Source: Psilocybe cubensis
Taxonomy: Eukaryota
Direction of reading: 5' to 3'
NCBI GenBank assembly: GCA_017499595.2
Contig: CM038998.1
Location: forward strand, 3,286,001-3,350,000
DNA length: 64,000 bases
Position numbers and translations under genes: made by a program
Notes under the pieces: generated by a model
The model's input: the letters and a program-made list of their open reading frames with translations, nothing else
What the model was told of the DNA's origin: nothing
The model's database searches: none
Shown here: piece after piece, positions 1-10,605 of the stretch
Position numbering within the stretch: position 1 is the stretch's first letter
How the letters are laid out: each line of letters starts with the position of its first letter

Positions 1-75
1 AAGACGACAATGATGAGGATAATTAGTTGATTATGTTTTTGCTCCAATATCTTACATCAATTATATATAATTTTA

Positions 76-1759
76 CTATGCACAGTGACATGTTCGTCCA
101 CACATAAAGCACTTGACTGCAGGTGGTTTATCAGAATTAAAAAAGTCTTCTCGACGCTGTGTTGGGTTATCATTCCAAGATATTAGATATCTCACAATAG
201 TGAGATTAGAAAATTCAGTACTCCATCCACCCCATTCACAAATAGTGCGAATAGACCAACGTCTTTCTGATGAAAGGTATTGGCAACCACCACGACGGAA
301 AGAGTGTGTTCCATATGGTATTGGATCAACGCCAATATCAAGAAGATTGTTTCGGAACAGCTCAAGAAATTGCTCTGATGTCTATTTGAATGAGAAATAA
401 GTAGAAGCATTTGTATAAATAGCATACCATGGGTATGTTATCAGCCGATGGCCTATCCCCAGATGCAATCTTTCGAAAAATGTAGCCATCGGTAATCTCG
501 CTTGCATCAAGCCAATTTGCCATTGCACGAACAGGACAAAGATGAGCCTCATTTTCTGCTAGTAACCGCAGATAAAATGGCTTAATTCCTAAAGAAATAT
601 ATATTAGAATAGACTTCAAATAGTTTAAAAAAGTTTTACCGCCATGCTGATGTGTTTTGCGAAATGGTAGTGTAAGAACCAGTCCAGGTGGATTCATCTG
701 ATAAACAATATGTTCACGTCGGATTTTCAATACCTCATCTGATCGGAGTAGACAGAGAAAAGCAATTGTATAAATTGCCTCAAGAGCGCGTCGGGCTAAT
801 CCTCCTCCCCAATGGTTGCTATCTTGTTCTTTTCTAGACCCTGGAGCATAGGGTTTGATATCATAGTTTTCGGATTTATGATTTTCATCATAAAGAGCTT
901 TTAGAGTAGCTGAGGTGATTGCGCGTGCACTTGTTGGTGTTTCACCATTTCGAATCTAAAAAGGAGATATATAGTCAAAACTACAGCCAATCAAGCAATT
1001 TGAGTGCAACTTGAACATTACCTTCCGAGCACGCAAACTCATCATGTATGTTGCTACGGTGTCGGATACTGATGGATTTCCTATCATTTTACCCGTAAGC
1101 TCATTTCTTCTCCACCTATCTGAGCCTAAACCAAGTTCACGTCCAAAAAGATATGTCATAGACGCTCTCATCTTTTGGCCATGTACATAGGAATCACGGA
1201 CAACATGTGTTGGCTTTAAAGTTCCATCAAGATAAATATCATCGCATCTAGAAAATACGGTAGTTTGAAAAAAATTCCAATAGAGAAAATCAATAAGCTT
1301 ACTTGTCCATAATCCATGCCGCAATGAAAAAAGGTGCATCGTCGGGTGGATTGCAACAAGCAAAATCTTCACGTTTTTTAATCATGTTCTTGCTAATCAG
1401 AAACTTGATACATTGCTTGATAAGACTAGAATAAAAACAAAATAAGCGCACTATTTAGAAATGAAGACAGGATAGTATTACCGCTGATAATCAGCATCAG
1501 TTTTGTCTGTGACTCCTTTAGATGCACCAGTAATTGTATCTCGCCACTTGGAAGCTGTTGGATTGTGGCTATCTAAATCTTCACTAGAAAGATCATGAAG
1601 TGACAGATTGGGCAGAGTCTCTGTTTCACCGTCGAGATCGTTTTCAACGTCTTCTGGTATAAATGGTTCATTTTCAATAGTAGGAGAAGGACTGCCAGAT
1701 ATAATGGAGTTTAGACCGGCATAGATTGAGTTTGAGGGCACCACCATTGAGGAAAGCAT
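76..1759 (-). CDS. Intron-containing tyrosine recombinase (phage-integrase/DNA breaking-rejoining fold) with a C-terminal CxxC-x3-CxC motif
   Basis: Six exons spliced by eye with GT-AG introns and no stops. Motifs: FLCLLRSDEVL (R, ~743), LPFRKTHQ (K, ~657), LCPVRA, YGTHSFRRGGCQY (HxxR, 286-306), EWGGWS, TIVRYL (Y, ~188). Ends CFMCGRTCHCA* at 76. Confidence 0.85.
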
Positions 1760-1974
1760 AGTAGGGATTAGATTTAAGAAATTGTAGCGGAAAGGAGTAC
1801 ACTGATTAGAATATATACTTTTGTAAAGCTTACTGCGGACAAAACAGATAGGAGTAGTAGACTCATTTGAAACACATTGTAAGAAGGCAATTTACAGCAA
1901 GGAGGCGATCTAGTGGCATTATGGTGAAGACACGCTCAAACACGTAAAAAAACAAATATAAGCCATACCTAATT

Positions 1975-3575
1975 CTAAATACCCTCCATCATATTACTTG
2001 GAATCCATGCACGTAGCTTTGGAAGACAATTTTGAATCCAAGAATCGACACTTGATTGATCAAATCGAGGATTTTCTTGAGCCGCTCGAAGCCTATTAAT
2101 GCCATCTTGAATAATGTCTTTTGGAAAATCAATCTTGACACGTAATTCCGGAGAGCGCTTGCTAGATTGTCGCTTCCCAACAATTTGGCCAAAAAACATG
2201 TGGCCATAATAATGAAAGCCAATATCCCGAGCTCGAGCAATTTGCATTGCCGACCTAAGTGCAATTCCAGGAAGAATGCTGTTAGACAGGTGGCGTAACA
2301 TAACCACAGCATCTGTACCCCATACGAAATGATCTTCGGCAAATAGCATCATGGCTGGAAGAGATAGTTGACGAGAAAAAAGAACTGGAATGAGATCATC
2401 GGATACAACAGGATGGAGATAATAGCTTAGTATATCGGAAGAGGGAAAGTCTGCCGGAAGATTGTGGGCCAAAGATGGGCAGCGGCGAGGTAAATGAAAT
2501 GAAGAATTGCTATGAGCTTCACTTATTAGCTGGCTTCGCCATTCATGTAGGAATTGTTGCTGTGCTTCTTGACTGTAGTTGTTTTCCTTAAGGCCACACG
2601 CTAGTGATCGACCAAAACCAGCTTTTGCAAGTCCAAGTGCTGTTTCAATGCCACAGCCTTTGACTCCACCCTTAATAAAAAAAAGTTATAATACAATTAA
2701 TAGAAAGAATAAATTGGAAAATTACAGGATTGTAGTCGCCACCAACCAATAGTGCAATAAGAACCATATCCTCGCTATTCATCTGAAGAGCTTGAAGAAT
2801 ATCAGATGATCGATATACAACCACCTGTTCATCATCGGACACATCTTCATCGCTATTAAAATGCCATATTAAAATTTAGATTGAGTTGAGCTAAAAGTGT
2901 ACTTACATTCGCAAGACAGTTGTGGTACCAAATACAATACTATCAGAGTCTTCTGTAAGAACGGCATCGAGATAGTCCTCCTTTGTAAGTCTGGCAAGCT
3001 CCGCTTCAGCTTCACCAGGTGCCTATTCCCATAATATGTATGAGCCGCCCAAGCCTTAGGCTACTGCAATAACCAATAAAGAACATACCTCACACCAAAT
3101 AAAACCGTAAGCATCTAACAGCGATTTGAAATCAGCTTCAATCCAGTGGCGATTTCCCCTTATGTTCTTTTTGCGCTTTATACTTGGTTTGTTGGGGCCA
3201 TCAAAGACAAAGATGGGCAGAATAGGAAGCGAGTATAGGCGGCTACAGCGAGCATTTAGAGTAGCAAGCTCCATATTCTTTGTAGCACCGTGTCGGTAGC
3301 ATGCACGGTAAATCCACCCCCTATTGTCAATAACACCGAATCAATTTATGTTTTTGAAAAAGAAATCAACAATATATACATACATTGCATCAACACCAAG
3401 CCTATATCCTCGGGTTCCTTGACGGTTTGACATAAATCCATCCTCAACAGCCAGACGTTGAAACGAGGCTCGTGTTGCTACAGGGTCTAGTAGCTACATA
3501 AATCCAATCTGTCAGCAGCTACGTGCAAGAGTCATAGAAAGTCATACGCACCTTCCACAGGCCTTTAACGCCCAT
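1975..3575 (-). CDS. XPG/FEN1-family PIN nuclease, GEN1/Yen1 (Holliday junction resolvase)-like
   Basis: Spliced: MGVKGLWK / RLGVDA / PIFVFDGPNKP / APGEAEAELA..DAVLTEDSD / LIALLVGGDYNP / GVKGCGIETA (H2TH), then the Yen1-like FPSSDILSYYLHPVVS and RAWIP. 3' end uncertain. Confidence 0.85.
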
Positions 3576-3847
3576 CGTATGGAGGCTAAACGAAAGCTAG
3601 ATCAATAGCGGACAAAAGATAGATATAAGATAAACCCACCCGAAATGTTTTGCAAATGTCTAAGCATCAATGTCTGTGAACAGAAACGCATACAGACCAC
3701 GATAATGAGCCAAACTATTACAAAAGGGGTATTATTTGAGCAAAGATTGTGATCTACACAAAAAACTCAAGAGTTCTAGCTGTAATTTAAAATAAATCAT
3801 ATTAATTTTGTAAAAGCGGAGTAGTAGAACAAATGCACGGCAATAAA

Positions 3848-3924
3848 CACCTCATGCTAGCCATACAGAAGCGCCTCGGCCCAGGGATGATCCTTAGTTT
3901 CTTCTGTACGGCTAGCATGTGGTG
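3848..3924. repeat. 24-bp inverted repeat (22/24) with a 29-nt spacer
   Basis: CACCTCATGCTAGCCATACAGAAG (3848-3871) versus CTTCTGTACGGCTAGCATGTGGTG (3901-3924). Confidence 0.9.
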
Positions 3925-4126
3925 CCTAGCAGACACGGCAATATAATAGAATAATATTTTTCAGTACTTGAAAAGCACAACCATAGGCCTGTGTACGTGT
4001 CTGCATGCATGCGAAGAAAGGATTTGAGGTGGCGGCAGTGATGCAAGGAAAGATGATGGATGGTGTGAATGTGTATCTATAGCTTATACTCAGTAATACG
4101 AATAAAATCAAGAATCAAAGAAGAGG

Positions 4127-4181
4127 GCACTGGCAGCCTAGTGTATGCCCAGGCATGAGTATTCCTGGGCTGCCATTGTGC
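4127..4181. repeat. Imperfect inverted repeat / stem-loop
   Basis: GCACTGGCAGCCTAG ... CTGGGCTGCCATTGTGC, with one G-T pair and a 2-nt bulge. Confidence 0.75.
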
Positions 4182-4538
4182 GACGAAAAGGATGGGGGTA
4201 TTCCATAATAAAGTATCAGAACACACCTAGATTCCAATTCTATCCTCTACGTAGCACCCTAAATCAAACAATCTAGCTTGCGCTGCAGGGCAATTTGCAT
4301 GACTAAACGGCTCCGTTGAGCGACAACACTGCAAAAAAAATGCTAAGATACTTACCGGAGTGAGCCTCTTGACCAACCTACGAGACAGACGTATCTCATA
4401 AATTATAGCACCACACAGCTGATGGAGGGAGATGTGCATGGATGGGACGCAAGGAGGAGGTGCATGAACGGGAGAGAGCAGGAATCATCGATTCAACCAA
4501 CACGCGTGCCAGCACTACACGTGATTGGACGTGCTGAT

Positions 4539-4595
4539 TGTAATTCACGCGACTCCTGTAAATTCACGCGACTCCTGTAAGATTCACGCGACTCC
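4539..4595. repeat. Three-copy 18-20 bp tandem repeat
   Basis: TGTAATTCACGCGACTCC / TGTAAATTCACGCGACTCC / TGTAAGATTCACGCGACTCC. Confidence 0.9.
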
Positions 4596-6029
4596 CTGGT
4601 TAAAACACGCGTTACGCACGTTGTATATGGCAGTGTCGTGCCTCGGCAGCAGGCATTAGTGTAGTACGTGAGATAACAAGGTGTGAACGTCATTCTCTCA
4701 CTATGAACTGTCTTTTTTTACAGTAGAACTGTCTTTTATTGGCCCAATTGAGGTAAGCTTGATGCCGTATTTGCCTTCTGATCGTCATTTCTGAGCCTTG
4801 GCTCAATTTCGTAGTTTCCAATCTCGCCAATTAGTCAATACGTTAGTCACACCAATCCACGGCAATCCACCCTACGTAAAAAAGAATGTTTTATTGTTCA
4901 ATTCTACGGTTATGGTGTGTAGTGCGGCATTGAACCTTAAGCTTAGCCAAACTCAAAACCCACTGCCCTCCTGCGAGGAATTTCTCTATGGAACGGGTCC
5001 CTTGAACGTGCTCCAGCAAACTCTAAGTTTTTACAGAAGGTCAGAATCTGAGTCGTAATAATATGTCATATTAGTTAGATCCGGTAAACTACAAATCAGC
5101 ACGAATATGTAGCTTTAAAACAAGCCTTGTTCCCCCTCTCCTTCTTTCCATCTTTCTGCGTCCGTCGTCGGTGTCAAAGCATCTCGAAAAAAATGCCTGT
5201 TGCAATTGATTCATCCGCCCTAGTATGGCAGTGAGTAGGGTTTTATGTACTATCTGGTCGCAAGCTTGCTCCATGCTTTTACTGTTACTTGTGCCCTCAG
5301 AACTTTTCGTTTTTCTTGCTGCTGCCATCCCGAGGCCCTCCACGGCGACGCCGTTTGAACCCGTTTTGAGTGATCGAGGGCACCTCGGCACACCTCTCGT
5401 GCGAGGGTTGTGCGAGGGTTAGGGTCGATCGTAACGCTGTGACCGATGGCGCCGATCGCTTTGTCAGGCTGTGCCAACCGTCTTTCTGCTCGGTCGCAGC
5501 TGTACTTATTTAAAAAGAGGTGTCCATGCCTGATGTCACCGCACCGCATTTGTCTAGCCCCTACATTCATTTTGTCACGTCCCGGCACATTCCGGAGGCC
5601 CCCCGCCGCATCATACTCGGGTCTCTGTCTCTGTTTCTGACCTCCTTTGACCCAGAATACAGAGGAGAATGCCCCAGCAGCGGGCAGAAAAGAGATTCGA
5701 ACGCTACCTCTAGAATCAAGGAATTTGAAAAGACACCTCGGCAGTGCCAGGCACCGTATTCACATACATGCCAATAGATATCTAATTTCAGGCGCCTGTC
5801 AGTACAGCATAACGCGCACCGCAGCCGCCATCGGACGCGCCGACGCGCCACACCGGTGACCGCACAAAATATGCCCGATTCGTACTTTCACGTGCATCAC
5901 CTGTATGCGTCTGTTTGGCATGCTCGTCTCAGTTTGCTCGCCGAGGACGTCAGACAGGACACTTGCAACAGCGAGCACAACTTTTCGGATCTCAAAGCAT
6001 TCTCCTAATATTCGGGTTAAACCCATGTC

Positions 6030-7629
6030 ATGAACCCTCCAAGTTCCCTTCGAGACCTGTATATTGACCCCTCGCAGGCGTGGGCATTTGTCCCCCCAAC
6101 CACACCAGCGGTCGCAAACAGCTCAAGCTCCGCTGCGCCCCTGCCCCCTGCCGACACCGCGAAAGTGCACTCATTTCAATGGTCTACACGCCCTTCTCAC
6201 AACTCGATATTCGATCTCTCTCCTTCTCTGGATCTGTCTGAACCGTCTGGGATCAATGTCGCCCAGCTCTTCAAGGCGTTTCTCGCCTCGGCGGTGCTGC
6301 AGTACACCAGCACGGCCATCGTGATGCCATGGGAGGTGGGCAAGCTGCTGCTGCAGGTGCAGTGGGTGCCCCGAGACGCAGGAGATCCAGAACCTATACC
6401 GCTAGAAATGGGTGAAGACGACAACGACGATGCGGTATGTGTCTACTTTTTTGCAATCCAAAAATACACGTTTTTGACGTTTTAAAAGTTGAGCGACGAT
6501 TCAACAGAAAACGACTCTTATTTTGCTGATCCTCACGCAGCACCGTCAAATCGACCGCCTGCGCCAAGAGCACGGGTGGACGAACAGGGTTACGTCATAC
6601 GACGGTCTGTTTTGGAGGAAGGGACACGGCCAGAGTATATCATACCTGTAGGGAGCGCGGATGGAGTGTGGGGGATGATGAAACGTGTAGGACGATTCCG
6701 TGCAGAGGGCTGGCTTGCGCTATGGAAAGGTACAGGAACTACAAGAATGGCTATTGTATTGAAAGAGCTTATTTTGCAAAACAGGGCTTCTGACTTCATG
6801 TGTGACGGAGGTGGTGTCTGACAGCCTGCAGCCGATGATTCATGGATTCCTGCAGTCGCTATTCTTTCCCTCACTGAGCGCATTCCACCAGCCACCGATC
6901 GTGATCCCAGTGGTGTCGCATCTGATCACCGGATTTATTCTGTCACCTCTTGATCTGATTCGAACGCGATTGATCGTGCAGTCGTTTACGGCTCGCTACC
7001 GAAAGTACACAGGACCGCTGGATGCATTCCGACAAATACTGCGGGATGAGGGAGGACTGTACGGGATGTATTTCCACCCACACCTTTTGATTCCAACACT
7101 GATCGACAACGCGCTGCGGCCGATGGTGTCTGTTGCGCTGCCGGGGATGCTGCTGTCGTACTTTGGATGGGGACACATCACAGAAGACACGCACCCAATT
7201 GGCTGGGGTATGGCAGAGCTGGGAGGGAGCTGCGTAGGGCTGCTGGCGACGCTGCCTGTGGAGACGATCCGGCGGCGGCTGCAGGTGCAGGTGCGGGGGT
7301 CGGCAGAGGCGGTGAAGGGATGTGTTGAGCTGCGGCCAGCGGCATACAATGGGGTGGTGGACGCGTTCTGGCACATTCTGACGGAGGAGCGGTCAGACCT
7401 GCCCATCCGACAGAACGTGCGGCGGCGGCGACCGTCTGTGAAAGGCAAGGAGCGGGAAGAGGCAGAGGAACGAGAGGCAGCAGACGAGTATGAGAGCTGG
7501 TTCCGCAACACAGGGCTGGGACAGCTGTACCGGGGACTGGGGATGCGGCTGAGTGCGAGTGCGGTCGTGTTTGTGCTGGCACTAGTAGGTGGACGGGACG
7601 AGGCGGACTCTGGATGGGCAGAGATATAG
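6030..7629 (+). CDS. UGO1: Mitochondrial fusion protein Ugo1 (mitochondrial carrier-like)
   Basis: Three exons. Carrier-type motifs MPWEVGKLLLQVQ, SPLDLIRTRLIVQ, LPVETIRRRLQVQ, plus EGWLALWKG. Confidence 0.8.
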
Positions 7630-7726
7630 TACAAGTAGATAGTGGATATTAATAAATGAGACATTGACGGGAATTGCCGATGAAGGACGTCAGTAAAATA
7701 GTTTGGGGCATTTGGACAAGACCGCC

Positions 7727-9231
7727 ATGGCCAAAGGTATGTCTGCTGCAGAACCCTCGACTGTCCCTCTGCTCGCACGCGCACTCAACCGCATCCGCTC
7801 TACCCCGCCCAGAGTCATTGCCTCCCCTCCTACTCGTCTGTATATATCTCTCTCTCTCCCCTGTGTCTCTCTGACGCCCTGTTGCAGAACCACGCCGCGC
7901 TGCCGTCGCCCTCATCATCCGCGTCGTCCCTTCGCCCCTCGCTCCAGCGCCCCACAACACAGACAAGCCAGCCTCCCTCTCCGACTTTTTCGATGCAGAC
8001 TGGGTAAACCACCCCGCTGCCCGTCCAGAGATCCTCTTTCTCCACCGCGACGAGGCTGCTCCAGCAACAGACGCCTCTCTCTGGCAGGCAAAGCTTCGCC
8101 ACAACACTACAGAGGCCCATGTCGCCTTCCCCGGAGGAAGGACTGAACCAGACGACGAGGGAGGTCTCTACACCGGTGCGTCAACCTGCATGACTCTACT
8201 CACTCTTGTTCCTCACACAATACAGCCATGAGACAAACTTGGGAGGAAATCGGCATCGACCTCGCCGAGCCATGCTACTCGTACATTGGCCAGCTAGACG
8301 ACCGCGAAATAACAACCTCCCTCGGAAAGCGCCTACTCATGATTCTCTCTCCCTTCGTCTTTCTCCAGCTCACTCCACACGCGCCTCCGCCAGACCCTGT
8401 TCCTTCCACCTCTCTCCACTGGACTCCCCTCGCCTCTCTCGTCTCCATCCATTCCCCTCCAAAATGGAGCTCTGTCACCGTCGACGCTGCCTCTCGCCTC
8501 GCCCCTAAGCATTCCACCATCCTCCGTTTCCTCGTTCGCGTCTTTATTGGCAGCATGCAGTTCCCCGCAATCATCATTCAGCCCTCTACAGACAACTCCT
8601 CTCTACCCTCTGACAAAGAAAAGGCTGCCCTCCAATCCTCTCCCTCTGCAAAACACAAACAGCTCAAGCTGTGGGGTCTCTCCCTCGGCATGACCCTCGA
8701 TCTCATGTCCTACATGATTCTCACCCCCTCCACATCCAACGCCTCCAACGGCTCCCGCCCCAATCCCAACCCGACCTCACCCCTCTCTTCCGTTATGCAG
8801 CTTCCGTACCAGCCCGTCGCCGAGGACTTTAGAATGGAATACATCGCGCCCAGCCTCGCCAGCGTCTTCCCCCGGTTCTCATACCCGGATGTCAATTTCT
8901 GGATCTGGTATTTGCCCCTATTCCCTCCATTCATCATCCCGCCGCGTTATCTCTGACCCTTTTTTTCTTCAGGGTGTTCGGCAAGCGATATCGAGAAGTT
9001 GTAAGGGGCTGGGAAGCCAGCGTACGCGATGGCGGTACAAACGATCGCAGGTACGTGTATACCCTATATCCAATTCATCTTGTTCACTCCCGATATAGAG
9101 TCAACTGGTCGGGATCGGCGCTTAATACGTTTTACGCTGCGATTCGCAAGGCTCTTGTCGTCGTCATTGTCGCGCGGGCTTTAGGCGTGCTATTTGGCGT
9201 ATCGTTCGCGCTCTGGTGGATATTCAGCTGA
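7727..9231 (+). CDS. Nudix hydrolase with a C-terminal membrane anchor
   Basis: RRAAVALII; spliced Nudix box AFPGGRTEPDDEGGLYT/AMRQTWEEIGIDL; hydrophobic C-terminus. Start codon uncertain. Confidence 0.75.
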
Positions 9232-10605
9232 TTTGATTTTTTAACATTTTTCAATTTGACGGAGTATCTGTGTGTTGGGGATATGGAGATGATGTTTTTC
9301 TTTTCTTTTTACCCTTTTTTTACAATTTTTTTTCCTTCTTCTTCGATATGTTGGATGATTCGATTTATATCCGTCGATTCGCTTTTTTTTTCTTCTTTTC
9401 TTTTGGTGGAGTTTACCAATTTACGACTTTGGGATCTGGCAAGTTGTGCAAGAATTAAGATTTGGGTGGACGTACTCTCGAAAAAGGCATTGCTACTCCC
9501 CAAATCCCGAGGCGCCGCGAATGGAGAGGAGAGGAGTAAATCTGCGATTAGCAGATATTAGATGTATGTATATGTATATGTAGTTTATTTTTCATGTATA
9601 TATACATACAACTTCACGCACCGGTTCCGAGATTTTTGTATCTCCCAGGTCAGATATTGGATCTTCGTTGAGTGAGGTAAGGTTGATTGTGGAGGGTTTA
9701 ACGTTTAACGTTTATTGCCGTGGATGGGATTGGGGATGGGTTAAAGGAAGAAGCTACACGTCTCTCCCATCTCCATCTCTTTTCTTATATACGGATACGG
9801 AATGTCAATTCAATATATCAACGTTCATGCACATGTCCATCGACATTCGAACGTCAAGGTGTAACATGATCACAGTGAAAGGAACGAGAATATCACATGG
9901 AATTGGACCTTGCTAGTGTCATTTTTCTGAAGTTTAGCTTGAATTTGTATGGTGTTTTGTGGATGATTGAACCTGAGCTGAACCTGACATATAGATTACT
10001 TGTCTTGACTTCTCTTGTCCCTTTTCTTATCATCACCTACTTAGGATTTGTATCTGTACGTACCGAGACTCTATACATTTGGCCAATGGCCCTTTACATT
10101 ACACAAAAAATGTCATGATTGACTCTGATTCGGAGATGAGTCGGATTACTATCACTATCACTCAATCAGTCGCATCCTTCTTACTTGCTATACTGTGTCA
10201 GTGTCGGAGACGGGACAGATGAACGCGGTCAGTTTACCTTTTGATAAATGGAAACGGTATACTATATAAAATGGACCCTGAGAAGTAGCCCTTGATGTAA
10301 CCAATTCAATTCCAAGTTTACTCGGAGGAGAACCTGTACCTGTAAAAGTCGAGAGAGCGTTCAAAATATGAGTCCAAGCTTCAAACAAACACGGTACACT
10401 CTCAAACTTGAACAAAGTCTCAATATTGATACACATACTACACCCATCGCTTATTTACGTTTCGCTTCTACTCCTCCAGCCAAAAAAAAAAGTCCCAGAT
10501 GTACCTTATCCAAAAAACGACAGCCGGCGACCCCCTCGCACACGACATCGAAAAAGAGATAACATCAACCGAATGTTGGCTGATTCAACAAGTCCAAAGA
10601 ACCAA

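Larger units (their letters stand above)
1..4725 (-). mobile_element. Candidate end segment of a tyrosine-recombinase mobile element or accessory island; probably continues left of the window
   Basis: Visibly AT-richer than the core genes, with mostly A/T-ending codons (judged by eye). Encodes a tyrosine recombinase and a GEN1-like nuclease. Hairpins and tandem repeats at 3848-4737. Right boundary approximate. Confidence 0.45.

Noticed and set aside
76-1759. Calling the recombinase a Starship captain or a DIRS integrase
   Set aside because: No motifs I can assign to DUF3435 and no RT/RNase H in the window; family left unassigned pending profile searches.
4539-4595. CRISPR-like array
   Set aside because: No spacers, eukaryotic context and no cas genes.
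5405-5424. GGGTTAGGG telomere-like motif
   Set aside because: About one unit only; chance occurrence.
4798-6026. Many short overlapping ORFs upstream of UGO1
   Set aside because: No recognisable domain or consistent exon chain; treated as intergenic.
6943-7784. Long antisense ORFs over UGO1
   Set aside because: Shadow ORFs caused by GC-rich codon usage.
9560-9610. (TA/TGTA)n stretch
   Set aside because: Ordinary low-complexity 3' region.
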